Source: Desulfosporosinus sp. Sb-LF
GTDB lineage: Bacteria > Bacillota > Desulfitobacteriia > Desulfitobacteriales > Desulfitobacteriaceae
Assembly (NCBI RefSeq): GCF_004766055.1
Contig: NZ_SPQR01000013.1
Location: 53,829-85,828 of the forward strand
Direction of reading: 5' to 3'
DNA: 32,000 bases
This document shows positions 1-8,865 of the stretch, one piece after another (the stretch's first letter is position 1; each line of letters starts with the position of its first letter). The notes beneath the pieces were generated by a model. It saw only the letters and a program-made list of their open reading frames with translations. It did not search any database and was not told the origin of the DNA. The position numbers and the translations under genes are program-made.

Positions 1-47
1 TGCTTGCTGAGATTCCCAGTAAAAGTCGTAATGAACTTAAGTCTCTG

Positions 48-818
48 TTGGCCCATCATCAGATCTCGGTGGATGGCGAAGTTGTGACAAAATATAATCA
101 TCCGTTGGAAATCGGTCAACAGCTGGTCGTTACTTGGACTAAAGTGTTGATGGAGAAACAACCTGAAGGGCTAACGATTGTGTTTGAAGATCCCCATATC
201 ATCATTGTTGAAAAACGGGCCGGTTTGCTCTCGATTGCTACCGCTACAGAAAAGGAACAAACGGCCTATAGTATTTTAAGTGATCATGTAAAAAAGAGAG
301 ATCCTAAGAATAAGATCTTTGTTTTGCATCGTCTCGATCGGGAAACATCTGGGGTCATGATGTTTGCCAAGAGCGAGAAAATACAACAGTTGTTGCAAAA
401 TGCCTGGAAGGACGCGGTCTTGGAGAGAAGTTACGTCGTGGTTGTGGAAGGGGCAGTAACCAAGGAGCAAGGAACGATCACCTCTTGGCTAACCGAAAGT
501 AAAGCCTATATTATGTATTCTAGTCGCACTCCGAATGACGGTCAAAAAGCTGTGACACACTATAAGGTTCTCAAGAAAAACAAAAACTACTCTCTCTTAG
601 AAGTGAAACTTGAGACTGGTCGAAAGAATCAAATTCGCGTACATATGCAAGACATTGGACACAGTGTAATTGGGGATAAGAAATATGGAGCGATCAAGCA
701 CCCTATTGGTCGATTAGGACTTCATGCTCGTGTCCTTGCCTTTAAACATCCTATAACGGGTGAAGAAGTACGTTATGAGACGGATATTCCTAAGGAATTT
801 CTTAACTTATTTAGCTAA
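48..818 (+). CDS. RluA-family pseudouridine synthase
   Basis: 257-codon ORF with the HRLDRETSG catalytic motif and the GRKNQIRVHMQDIGHSVIGDKKYG motif typical of RluA/RluD-type enzymes. Confidence 0.93.
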   Translation: MAHHQISVDGEVVTKYNHPLEIGQQLVVTWTKVLMEKQPEGLTIVFEDPHIIIVEKRAGLLSIATATEKEQTAYSILSDHVKKRDPKNKIFVLHRLDRETSGVMMFAKSEKIQQLLQNAWKDAVLERSYVVVVEGAVTKEQGTITSWLTESKAYIMYSSRTPNDGQKAVTHYKVLKKNKNYSLLEVKLETGRKNQIRVHMQDIGHSVIGDKKYGAIKHPIGRLGLHARVLAFKHPITGEEVRYETDIPKEFLNLFS

Positions 819-844
819 TAGCTACCGTCAATTTAAAAAAAAGA

Positions 845-862
845 ACCGGGTTTACACCCGGT
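845..862. terminator. Hairpin terminator, probably bidirectional
   Basis: ACCGGGT-TTAC-ACCCGGT stem, followed by TCTTTT on + and by an A8-rich run (T-run on the minus strand) upstream. Confidence 0.75.
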
Positions 863-971
863 CTTTTGATCCATCTTTTCCAATTTTATCAGAGTCAAAA
901 GGAAAGGGAATCTTCTCTGTGTTATCAGGCTTGCGCGATCTATTGTTCGTTTTCTTAGTTTTCTTAGCCAT
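852..971 (-). CDS. Small basic hypothetical protein (39 aa, MAKKTKKTNNRSRKPDNTEKIPFPFDSDKIGKDGSKDRV)
   Basis: Minus-strand ATG at 971 preceded by an AAGGGGG Shine-Dalgarno-like run; shorter start than the 852..1040 track ORF. Confidence 0.45.
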   Translation of the reverse strand: MAKKTKKTNNRSRKPDNTEKIPFPFDSDKIGKDGSKDRV

Positions 972-1077
972 TGGCAATTTACCCCCTTTAAAAAGTGTTG
1001 TGTCGTATGTAAATAGAATGCCCTGATTAATAAATAACAATGTAATTGGGGCTAAAGTATATTACGACTGGGGTGGA

Positions 1078-1410
1078 ATGGAGTTATGCAAAATGTCGAA
1101 TAGGTTAGAGCGTGAAAAGACGACGGTGCAAATGATGCTCAGGTTATATTGCAAAAATCATCACCACACTGCCGATGGATTGTGTTCGGAATGCCAAGGA
1201 TTATCTGATTATGCTATGACCCGCCTTGCCCATTGTAAGTTTGGTGATCGTAAACCGACCTGTGGTAAATGTATAGTACATTGTTATAAGCCGGAAATGC
1301 GTATGAGAATTATTGAGGTTATGCGATATTCAGGCCCTAAGATGCTTTTTGTCCATCCGATTGCTTCGATTCGGCATTTAATAGACGGACGTAGAAATGG
1401 GCATCGATAG
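1078..1410 (+). CDS. Nitrous oxide-stimulated promoter family protein (Cys-rich)
   Basis: REKTTVQMMLRLYCKNHHH...CSECQGLSDYAMTRLAHCKFGDRKPTCGKCIVHCYKPEMRMRIIEVMRYSGPKM resembles this conserved family; ATG at 1090 is an alternative start. Confidence 0.8.
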   Translation: MELCKMSNRLEREKTTVQMMLRLYCKNHHHTADGLCSECQGLSDYAMTRLAHCKFGDRKPTCGKCIVHCYKPEMRMRIIEVMRYSGPKMLFVHPIASIRHLIDGRRNGHR

Positions 1411-1465
1411 TGCCCATCATGTTTGAGAGAAAGTACGGTAATACATTAGTAAAAAAGAGGGACTA

Positions 1466-1735
1466 GTGAGCATGACAATAGAAGAGCATTCGCTTGAAAT
1501 GCGAGGGATGCCCCATAGAGATTTGGAAGAGTACTTTCTCTCAATTGGAGGAAAGTGTCTCGAAAAGGGAACTTATCGGGGCCCTCACTGGGAAGTAGAA
1601 TTGAGTGACGAGTGGACATGTACTCTTGGGTCAATCCATGTTCCAGCAACGCTAGTGACCTTTCGAGTGAATGAGGAGGACTGGCCGCAAATGGTGAATG
1701 CCTTTCGACTACGCTTCCTTTCAGCAGGGGGATAA
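1466..1735 (+). CDS. Hypothetical protein (89 aa)
   Basis: Intact ORF on the same strand as its neighbours; no family recognised. Confidence 0.65.
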   Translation: MSMTIEEHSLEMRGMPHRDLEEYFLSIGGKCLEKGTYRGPHWEVELSDEWTCTLGSIHVPATLVTFRVNEEDWPQMVNAFRLRFLSAGG

Positions 1736-1785
1736 CTCAAGAGCTGGAAAATCAAAAAGAAGCAGTAAGGATATGAGAACGTCAG

Positions 1786-2523
1786 ATGAAACAGAACAAG
1801 TGGGAGATTTATTTAGCCTTGGGGCTTGGTGTTACCTCGTTTACAATTTATTTAATTCAGGATCTTATTTTTGATAATTTGTCGGTCATTTTTAACGATA
1901 TTTTATCTCAGATTGCCTATCTCCCTATTTATATCCTTTTGTCAACCATCGTGTTTGATCGCCTTTTGAGCCGACGTGAAAAGGGCGAGAGATTGAAAAA
2001 ACTGAATATGATTATCGGGACCTTTTTTAGTGAGAGTGGCGTCACGATGCTTCATTGCCTCTCTAGATTTGATATGAAGCGTGAGGAGACGGCAAAAATA
2101 ATCTTATCAAAAGATTGGATCAACAAGCCCGAAATGATGAGACGATGGCTTGGGCAAAATGGAATTAAAATTAACAGTCGAGCAGATGGGCTGGAAGAGC
2201 TGAAAATGACTCTCTTAGGGAAACGAGAGTTTCTCCTGAGGATGCTAGAAAACCCTAATTTGCTTGAGCATGAATCGTTCACAGAACTTCTGTGGGCTGT
2301 TTTCCATTTAACGGAGGAGTTGGCAAGTCGAGCAGATTTGAACCATCTTAGTGAGGCTGACTATCACCACTTCTCGGGAGATATCGAACGTGCCTATAGC
2401 TTATTAATGGTGGAATGGTTGACGTATATGGTTCATCTCAAAGAAGATTATCCATATCTGTTTTCTTTTTCATCCAGAACAAATCCTTTCGATCCAGAAG
2501 CCCGAGTGGAAATTTCAGACTGA
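1786..2523 (+). CDS. Hypothetical membrane-anchored protein
   Basis: 245 aa, N-terminal hydrophobic segments (IYLALGLGVTSFTIYLIQDLIF; IAYLPIYILLSTIVFDRLL) followed by a soluble helical domain. Confidence 0.7.
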   Translation: MKQNKWEIYLALGLGVTSFTIYLIQDLIFDNLSVIFNDILSQIAYLPIYILLSTIVFDRLLSRREKGERLKKLNMIIGTFFSESGVTMLHCLSRFDMKREETAKIILSKDWINKPEMMRRWLGQNGIKINSRADGLEELKMTLLGKREFLLRMLENPNLLEHESFTELLWAVFHLTEELASRADLNHLSEADYHHFSGDIERAYSLLMVEWLTYMVHLKEDYPYLFSFSSRTNPFDPEARVEISD

Positions 2524-3096
2524 CTAGAGAATTTGATAGAGTTCGGATAACGTGCCGATTAGTTTAACGTCAGGATTTATAACGAGCCCTTGAGAAACGG
2601 AGTGAGAGGCTTGGAGAGCACTTAAGGTAAGTGAGGGGATAGGAAGGGCATGACATTCTTCCAAGGAAAAAAAGCCCAGATCACTGACTTCCTCTGGTTG
2701 TGATTGAAGGTTCCCTCCTAGGAATTGCATAAGGAAAATGATATAGGCATCATGTTTATCAGCAGGTTGATCTCGCAAGGCAATAATCGAGAGTGGTTTG
2801 GCTTTAATTCCAGTTTCCTCTTGAATTTCGCGCGTGACTGCATTTCCAATAGATTCTCCATGATCCACATATCCTCCTGGAATTGTCCACATTCCTTTAC
2901 CAGGATTATATCCACGTTGTACGAGAAGGACTTTATCCTTGTGCCAAATCACCCCCCCAACGCCGAGGGAAAAATCTCCCCAGTGGATATAGGAACAGTT
3001 AGGACATGTGCTTCGAAGGTGGTCATCAAGGATCGATTCTTGAAGGGGTTTACCACAAAACGGGCAAAAACGATAGGGACCAGTTTTGTAAGACAT
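2524..3096 (-). CDS. NUDIX hydrolase with N-terminal zinc ribbon
   Basis: Nudix box GYVDHGESIGNAVTREIQEETGI; CPFCG...CPNCSYIHW ribbon. Confidence 0.92.
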   Translation of the reverse strand: MSYKTGPYRFCPFCGKPLQESILDDHLRSTCPNCSYIHWGDFSLGVGGVIWHKDKVLLVQRGYNPGKGMWTIPGGYVDHGESIGNAVTREIQEETGIKAKPLSIIALRDQPADKHDAYIIFLMQFLGGNLQSQPEEVSDLGFFSLEECHALPIPSLTLSALQASHSVSQGLVINPDVKLIGTLSELYQIL

Positions 3097-3230
3097 GCAT
3101 GGTTGTTCCTTTCAATGAGTTTGATTCATTTATGATTCCGCTACAGAAACCTCTAGTTTCACCTCTGCTATGCCGTAATAGCGTGATGTTATTCAACAGA
3201 AGGGTACCTTTCACAGCAGACTATTCATGA

Positions 3231-4448
3231 TTAGTGAGTCTGTTGAAGCAAATGAAAGCGTTGGATGACTTTGCCATAAATAATGAACATAAGCAAAGAC
3301 GCTCCCATGAAAACGAGGGCAAGCGCCCATACGCTAGTTCCTCCGCCATTGTCATACATCATACCCCCTAGTAAGGGGCCAATCACCCGACCACCCGATG
3401 TTGCACCGCCAATAATCCCTTGATAAGCCCCTGCTTTTCCTGGAGGAGCAAGTTGAGCAGCCGCTGCGGGAACCGCCGGTAGAATCAGCATCTCACCCAA
3501 GGTGAGGATGAGCATAGCAAAGATATAAGAAACATACGGAAGTTTTCCTAGTAAAATGACGTAGCCAATGCTTAAGAGAATGGATGCGAGGTAAAATTGC
3601 CGCGTAAAAGACTTCGCCCAAGTATGGATCACCCAAGTGATAAGAGGTTGTAAGGTGACGATGAATACGCCGTTGAGGGTCCATAGCACGCTGTAAGAAA
3701 AAAGAGAAAATCCAAGTTGGTTCATAACAACAGGTAAGATTGTAACGAGCTGAATATAAGCACCCCAGGCAAAGAATATCCCTCCCCCTAAGACCAGAAG
3801 TACTGTAAAGCCCTTGTCTTTCATCAGCCGCTCGGCTTTCTGCTTTGCCTGAATCGGAGGATGGGGCTTATTACTTTTTTCGGAAATCCCTATAGAGACT
3901 AAAATCAAATAGATTAAGAACGCTGCTGCATTCAGTGAGAAGACCAGACGAAAAGAAACTTGAGCGATCATTCCTCCGATGGCAGTACCTACAGCGACCC
4001 CGGCGTTATTGGAAACATAAAGCAGATTAAAACCCCGCCGTCCTCCTTCCGGCCAAACGATCTGTAGGAGAGCATAAAGAGGAACGAAGATAAAGGCTTG
4101 AGCTAAGCCGAACAGGATCAAGGCAGGTGCATACACTTCCCAGATAGGAAAAATACCGATAAACCCAACAGTAAGAATGGCACCCACTAAGCCAATCATC
4201 ATGATTTTCCTCGGTCCAAAACGGTCTGCTAAAAAACCACTAGCAAATTGACCCAAAAGAGAAGCAGCAGATTGAAATGCTAGAAGGGTACCTGCATCTG
4301 TTAAAGTACGTCCCAAGACTTTATGCATAAAGAGACTATTCAAAGGCCACATTAAAGAATTTCCCGTTGACTGGATGAAACCACCAATGATTAGGACGAT
4401 GACAGCACGAGGAATATCTAAACGTTTTAAGTTCAAACGGAAAACCAC
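3231..4448 (-). CDS. MFS transporter
   Basis: 405 aa, many TM segments, ASGFLADRFGPRKIMMIG is the MFS loop 2-3 signature. Confidence 0.9.
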   Translation of the reverse strand: MVFRLNLKRLDIPRAVIVLIIGGFIQSTGNSLMWPLNSLFMHKVLGRTLTDAGTLLAFQSAASLLGQFASGFLADRFGPRKIMMIGLVGAILTVGFIGIFPIWEVYAPALILFGLAQAFIFVPLYALLQIVWPEGGRRGFNLLYVSNNAGVAVGTAIGGMIAQVSFRLVFSLNAAAFLIYLILVSIGISEKSNKPHPPIQAKQKAERLMKDKGFTVLLVLGGGIFFAWGAYIQLVTILPVVMNQLGFSLFSYSVLWTLNGVFIVTLQPLITWVIHTWAKSFTRQFYLASILLSIGYVILLGKLPYVSYIFAMLILTLGEMLILPAVPAAAAQLAPPGKAGAYQGIIGGATSGGRVIGPLLGGMMYDNGGGTSVWALALVFMGASLLMFIIYGKVIQRFHLLQQTH

Positions 4449-4649
4449 CTTTTAGGTCTTGAAAACAAACTTATATTGTCTGAAAGACTATATATTACTT
4501 CGACATACATATAAAGAAACCTCCAATTTGTAAAACCTCTAAGGATAAAATACAGTTATTAAAACGTAATAAGCAGGATTCTTAAAAATACCCTCGAAAG
4601 AATAAGATATTAAACTTAGGGTAAAACTACCAAAAAAGGAGAGTGAGTT

Positions 4650-5234
4650 ATGAATTTCCATGAAACAGAAACATTTAAAAACCTGAGCAATGCTTTCGCT
4701 GGGGAGTCTCAAGCACGCAATCGGTATTCGTTTTTTGGGGGTGTTGCTAAGAAAGAAGGGTATCAACACATTCAGGCCATTTTTGAGGAGACAGCCGCCA
4801 ACGAAAGGGAGCATGCACAAGTTTTCTATAAACTTTTAGTGGCTCATACGCAAGATGCAACCCAAATCATTCATGTCGATGCAGATTACCCTCTGGTATA
4901 CAAAGATACCGTGACTAATCTAAGGGCAGCGGCAGCTGGAGAACGAGAAGAGTGGGCTGAAATTTATTCAAAGTTTGGGACAATTGCCGAAAAGGAAGGT
5001 TTCCCTGACATTGCTAAGGCCTTTAAAACAATAGCCGAAGTTGAAAAGCACCATATGGAACGTTTTGAACATTATGCGGATGGGATTGCCAACGGGACGA
5101 TCTTCAAGAAGGACAAGCCTACCGCCTGGAAATGCACCAACTGTGGATACATCCATGAAGGACCGGAAGCTCCAGACGTCTGTCCAGCCTGTGCGCATCC
5201 TCAGGGATATTTCGAAGAGATCCAAAAGTCGTAA
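4650..5234 (+). CDS. rbr: Rubrerythrin
   Basis: EESQARNRYSFF-like ferritin domain, EREHAQVFY and EKHHMERFEHY diiron motifs, C-terminal rubredoxin domain WKCTNCGYIHEGPEAPDVCPACAHPQGYFE. Confidence 0.95.
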   Translation: MNFHETETFKNLSNAFAGESQARNRYSFFGGVAKKEGYQHIQAIFEETAANEREHAQVFYKLLVAHTQDATQIIHVDADYPLVYKDTVTNLRAAAAGEREEWAEIYSKFGTIAEKEGFPDIAKAFKTIAEVEKHHMERFEHYADGIANGTIFKKDKPTAWKCTNCGYIHEGPEAPDVCPACAHPQGYFEEIQKS

Positions 5235-5279
5235 AAAACAGAGCCGAGTAGGAAGACTTCCTACTCGGCTCTGTTTTTT
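5233..5279 (+). terminator. Rho-independent terminator after rubrerythrin
   Basis: AAAAAACAGAGCCGAGTAGGA / TCCTACTCGGCTCTGTTTTTT perfect 21-bp stem with loop AGACT. Confidence 0.92.
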
Positions 5280-5297
5280 ACGAGTGGGAGAAAAGAC

Positions 5298-5326
5298 TTG
5301 CAATGTGCATGAAATATGAACATAAT
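5298..5326 (+). promoter_or_regulatory. Candidate sigma-A promoter for the M24 peptidase gene
   Basis: TTGCAA-17 nt-CATAAT, about 45 bp upstream of the start codon. Confidence 0.6.
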
Positions 5327-5375
5327 AATAATATAAAAATTCTGAAAACTACCTAAAATTGAAGGAGGAGTGACC

Positions 5376-6569
5376 ATGAAACTACCCCTAATGGAATTGC
5401 AAGACCGAGTTTCCGAGTTTCAAGTTAGTTTGCAGAAGAAAGGACTTGAGGGGGCTTTATTGGTTCAACGGGCAGACACCTTGTATTATACAGGAACCGC
5501 TCAAAATGTGCATGCTTATATTCCAAAGGAAGGAAAGCCCCTTGTCATGGCCTATCGTGATTTCAACAGAGCTCAGCAAGAAAGTGCTTGGGGGGTTATT
5601 CCCCTGACGGGCATGTCTAAGATACCTCAATATATTCAGGGAGCAGGGCTCTCTCTGCCGAAACGATTGGGACTGGAACTAGATGTTCTCCCAGTCAACA
5701 ACTTTGAACGTTATCGTAAACTATTTCCGGACGCCTTATTGGTCGATATATCTACTGAGATTCGTTTGCAGAGAGCGGTGAAGTCGGCTTGGGAAATTGC
5801 GCGACTTGAAGAGAGTGCTCAAATCTACCCCCTAGTTCTAGAGTTTGCCAAGGAAGTCCTTCACGTGGGGATGACGGAGGTTGAGTTAGAGGGATTATTA
5901 GAAGGCAAGGCACGGGCGCTTGGACATGGTGCCCATGTTCGGATGCGTGGTTTTAACTCCGAATTTCATCTTGGTGCCATCACTTCAGGAGCAAGGGCCA
6001 CAGAGGCCAGCTGTTTTGATGGGCCAGTCGTAGGACAAGGCATCTCGATCGCTCATCCCTGTGGCGGATCAATGGCTCAGATTCAAGCAGGTGAACCGAT
6101 TGTCATAGACATGGTGACAGTCGTTCATGGTTATCAGATTGACCAAACCCGAATCTTAAGTCTCGGGCCAGTGTCAGAAGAACTAGAAAAGGCCTATGAA
6201 GTGGCCCTAGAGATCGAAGAGAAAGTCCGCTGTGCCTTAATCCCAGGGAGGGAGGCAGGCGAAGTTTATGAGGAAATTCTAGCATGGGTTCGTGAAAATA
6301 CGCCTTATGAGCAAAATTTCATGGGTTATGGGAAAAGCAGGGTGCGTTTTGTCGGACATGGGGTGGGGCTGGACCTTGATGAACTCCCGACCATTAGCAA
6401 GGGAGCAAAAGAGGTGTTAAAAGCCGGAATGGTGGTCGCCATCGAACCGAAATTGGTATTCCCAGGTGTTGGCGTAGTTGGGATAGAAGATACTGTTGTC
6501 ATCGAGACGGAAAAGGGCGCAAGATATTTATCCCAAATTCCCCGGGAATTAATGGTAGTTAAATTTTAG
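5376..6569 (+). CDS. M24-family metallopeptidase (Xaa-Pro aminopeptidase-like)
   Basis: HPCGGSMAQIQAGEPIVIDMV, YGKSRVRFVGHGVGLDLDELPTI and GMVVAIEPKLVFPGVGVVGIEDTVV motifs; start placed at ATG 5376 behind GGAGGAG. Confidence 0.88.
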   Translation: MKLPLMELQDRVSEFQVSLQKKGLEGALLVQRADTLYYTGTAQNVHAYIPKEGKPLVMAYRDFNRAQQESAWGVIPLTGMSKIPQYIQGAGLSLPKRLGLELDVLPVNNFERYRKLFPDALLVDISTEIRLQRAVKSAWEIARLEESAQIYPLVLEFAKEVLHVGMTEVELEGLLEGKARALGHGAHVRMRGFNSEFHLGAITSGARATEASCFDGPVVGQGISIAHPCGGSMAQIQAGEPIVIDMVTVVHGYQIDQTRILSLGPVSEELEKAYEVALEIEEKVRCALIPGREAGEVYEEILAWVRENTPYEQNFMGYGKSRVRFVGHGVGLDLDELPTISKGAKEVLKAGMVVAIEPKLVFPGVGVVGIEDTVVIETEKGARYLSQIPRELMVVKF

Positions 6570-6698
6570 GAATTAATAGATATAACGTTGAGAATATCGT
6601 CTGAATAGTATATTATTATGGTCAATAGATCTATAGTCAACCTGAAGCTTGGTGACTCACGGACGGTCAAGTATAAAACTAAAAGGGAAGTGATAGCA

Positions 6699-7127
6699 TT
6701 GTTCAAGAAGATTCTCGTTCCTACAGACGCCTCAGAACATTCGCGTCGTGCCTTGAGGACGGCAATCCAGCTAGCCGAGTCCTTTCAAGCCGAGGTGGAA
6801 CTTCTCCATGTTAGCTATACGCCGCAGGCCTATTGGGGGTATACGATCTCTTATGGAATTACCGTGACGCAAGAACAGCTTGATGAAAACGGAGAACTAG
6901 CTCTAGAGGCAACCCTGATGGGAATGGATCGTGCACAGGTTGTTATTAATAAAAGAATTGAGTCCGGACATCCGGTAAGCGTTATTTTAGAACGAATTAA
7001 AACGGAATCCATCGATTTGGTTGTGATGGGGAGCCATGGTTACGGACCAATTTCTGGTTCGGTTTTAGGAAGTGTGAGCCAACGGGTGTTACAACGAGCG
7101 AGTTGCCCAGTGCTTATCATTAAGTAG
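6699..7127 (+). CDS. Universal stress protein (UspA family)
   Basis: FKKILVPTDASEHSRRAL...DLVVMGSHGYGPISGSVLGSVSQRVLQRASCPVLII; likely TTG start at 6699 inside the longer track ORF. Confidence 0.92.
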   Translation: MFKKILVPTDASEHSRRALRTAIQLAESFQAEVELLHVSYTPQAYWGYTISYGITVTQEQLDENGELALEATLMGMDRAQVVINKRIESGHPVSVILERIKTESIDLVVMGSHGYGPISGSVLGSVSQRVLQRASCPVLIIK

Positions 7128-7245
7128 AGCGTACTTGTTAGATAAATATTAAGTGTCATTAGGTCGCGATGGCGAAGAAACTATTAGTCGGAGAGAGATA
7201 TATGGCAGATTTAGAACGATTTTGTTGACATTTCAGGACAAACGT

Positions 7246-7271
7246 CCCTGCACTAGTTGCAGGGTTTTTTT
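7246..7271 (+). terminator. Rho-independent terminator
   Basis: CCCTGCA-CTAGT-TGCAGGG followed by TTTTTTT. Confidence 0.85.
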
Positions 7272-7326
7272 CTGTCTATCGCGAATAAACTAATAAAACG
7301 AACTTGAACCAAGTATAGATAGACAC

Positions 7327-7647
7327 GTGGAGGCAACCATGAAAGAAAAAACTATTATGCTGAGTTCTGATGAGCTTCACCTTATGTTGAGAGGCTCCTT
7401 ACAGTGGATTGATGTGGAGCCCCGTCTTACGGCATCTAAAACAGGGATCCGAAAATTGAGTGAAGATATTATTGAAAAGAAACCCGCTCGAAAATTAACC
7501 GAGCAGGTAGGAATAGGAATCAGCCGGCCGCAACAACTTGAGGAACTTGTAACCCGCCTAGAAGGACAACCTGTTGTTTGGCTTTTAGGAAGTGTCGGTC
7601 TCTTAACATTATCCACTTGGTTTTATTTTGTTTTATTTTCGAAATAG
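7327..7647 (+). CDS. Hypothetical protein with C-terminal TM segment
   Basis: Intact 106-aa ORF; hydrophobic tail VVWLLGSVGLLTLSTWFYFVLF. Confidence 0.7.
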   Translation: MEATMKEKTIMLSSDELHLMLRGSLQWIDVEPRLTASKTGIRKLSEDIIEKKPARKLTEQVGIGISRPQQLEELVTRLEGQPVVWLLGSVGLLTLSTWFYFVLFSK

Positions 7648-7688
7648 CTTTTAACAGGGGCTTTTTTATAGCCAGTATATTCTTAAAG

Positions 7689-7715
7689 GGTAAGTCTATA
7701 AGGCTTACCTTTTTT
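7689..7715 (+). terminator. Terminator hairpin
   Basis: GGTAAGTC/GGCTTACC stem followed by TTTTTT. Confidence 0.75.
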
Positions 7716-7740
7716 AAATGAAATTTTCCTCAAAAATCCT

Positions 7741-7768
7741 TTGCAAAATCTCAAAAAGTGGGTATCAT
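7741..7768 (+). promoter_or_regulatory. Candidate promoter of the ctsR operon
   Basis: TTGCAA-16 nt-TATCAT immediately upstream of the CtsR box. Confidence 0.5.
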
Positions 7769-7778
7769 ATAGATAGAA

Positions 7779-7794
7779 GGTCAGGAAAGGTCAA
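7779..7794 (+). promoter_or_regulatory. CtsR operator (heptad direct repeat)
   Basis: GGTCAGGAAAGGTCAA: two GGTCA half sites in tandem, matching the known CtsR box style, located just upstream of ctsR. Confidence 0.72.
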
Positions 7795-7852
7795 TGATGA
7801 ATTATGGAAGAATAGTTTATAAAAAACTAAAAGAACAAGGAGTACAGAAACA

Positions 7853-8323
7853 ATGGGAAACCTCGCGGATCGCATTGAAGAATATTTGAAACGGATTTTG
7901 GAACAAGCGTCGGAAGGGTATATTATGTTACAACGCAGTGAACTTGCTGGAGAGTTCTGCTGTGTTCCGTCTCAAATCAACTATGTTCTCGACACTCGTT
8001 TCACGATTGAACGGGGTTACTTGGTCGAGAGTCGACGGGGGGGCGGAGGGTACCTTCGGATTATCCGCTTAGGAATGGGTCTCGAAGGAGAGTACCAACA
8101 AGTGATGCGGCAATTGATTGGGGAGCAGCTTACACGTGAACGTTCGAAAGGTCTTGTAGAGCGTTTAGTGAACGAAGAATTGGTGACGGCACGGGAAGCG
8201 GCGCTGATTAAGAACGTACTTACGGGTGACGCATTAATAGGAGAGTTTAGAGATTGGGATGTTCTACGTGCACGTCTAATGAAAACCATTTTGACAACGC
8301 TAAGTCGTGACGATTTGTTATAA
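7853..8323 (+). CDS. ctsR: Transcriptional repressor CtsR
   Basis: NLADRIEEYLKRIL...SQINYVLDTRFTIERGYLVESRRGGGGYLRI is the CtsR DNA-binding domain signature; first gene of ctsR-mcsA-mcsB-clpC. Confidence 0.97.
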   Translation: MGNLADRIEEYLKRILEQASEGYIMLQRSELAGEFCCVPSQINYVLDTRFTIERGYLVESRRGGGGYLRIIRLGMGLEGEYQQVMRQLIGEQLTRERSKGLVERLVNEELVTAREAALIKNVLTGDALIGEFRDWDVLRARLMKTILTTLSRDDLL

Positions 8324-8337
8324 AGGGGGAATTGAGT

Positions 8338-8865
8338 ATGCTTTGTCAACATTGCAAACAGCGGGAGGCAAAGGTGCAGTTATCTAAAATAGAGAATGGA
8401 TTGCCCCATGATGTGTATCTTTGCGAAGTTTGTGCACAACAAACGCACGAAGTAAGTTTTATATTTAACCCCGCGATTGTTCCGGAATTTTTACAAGCCT
8501 TATTTGGGTTTAATCTAACGTCCGTAGAACAGCCTAATGAAATGGCTTGCCCGAAATCTTGCCCGAAGTGTGGAATGACGTTTGCCCAAATTACTCAAGC
8601 CGGAAAGCTGGGATGCAGTACATGCTATGAAACCTTTGAAGCCTATCTTGAACCGTTACTTCGCCGAGTACATGGTGGTGGACAAAATGTAGGCAAAGTT
8701 CCAGCAAGACGTGGAGTTGTCATTAAACGTCGCATGGAACATAGAAAACTAAAAGAGAAACTTCAGGTTTTGATCCAGCAAGAAGCGTTTGAGGAGGCTG
8801 CTGTGGTAAGAGATCAGATTCGGCAAATTGAGCAAGCTCAGGAAGGGGGAAGCCAGGATGCGTAA
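8338..8865 (+). CDS. mcsA: McsA, activator of protein arginine kinase (UVR domain)
   Basis: Multiple CxxC pairs, C-terminal UVR motif LKEKLQVLIQQEAFEEAAVVRDQIRQIE, synteny; start placed at ATG 8338. Confidence 0.93.
   Translation: MLCQHCKQREAKVQLSKIENGLPHDVYLCEVCAQQTHEVSFIFNPAIVPEFLQALFGFNLTSVEQPNEMACPKSCPKCGMTFAQITQAGKLGCSTCYETFEAYLEPLLRRVHGGGQNVGKVPARRGVVIKRRMEHRKLKEKLQVLIQQEAFEEAAVVRDQIRQIEQAQEGGSQDA

Noticed and set aside
760-1026. Plus-strand ORF MKKYVMRRIFLRNFLTYLANS...
   Set aside because: Starts inside the end of the pseudouridine synthase gene, spans its terminator and overlaps the better-supported minus-strand mini-ORF; no RBS.
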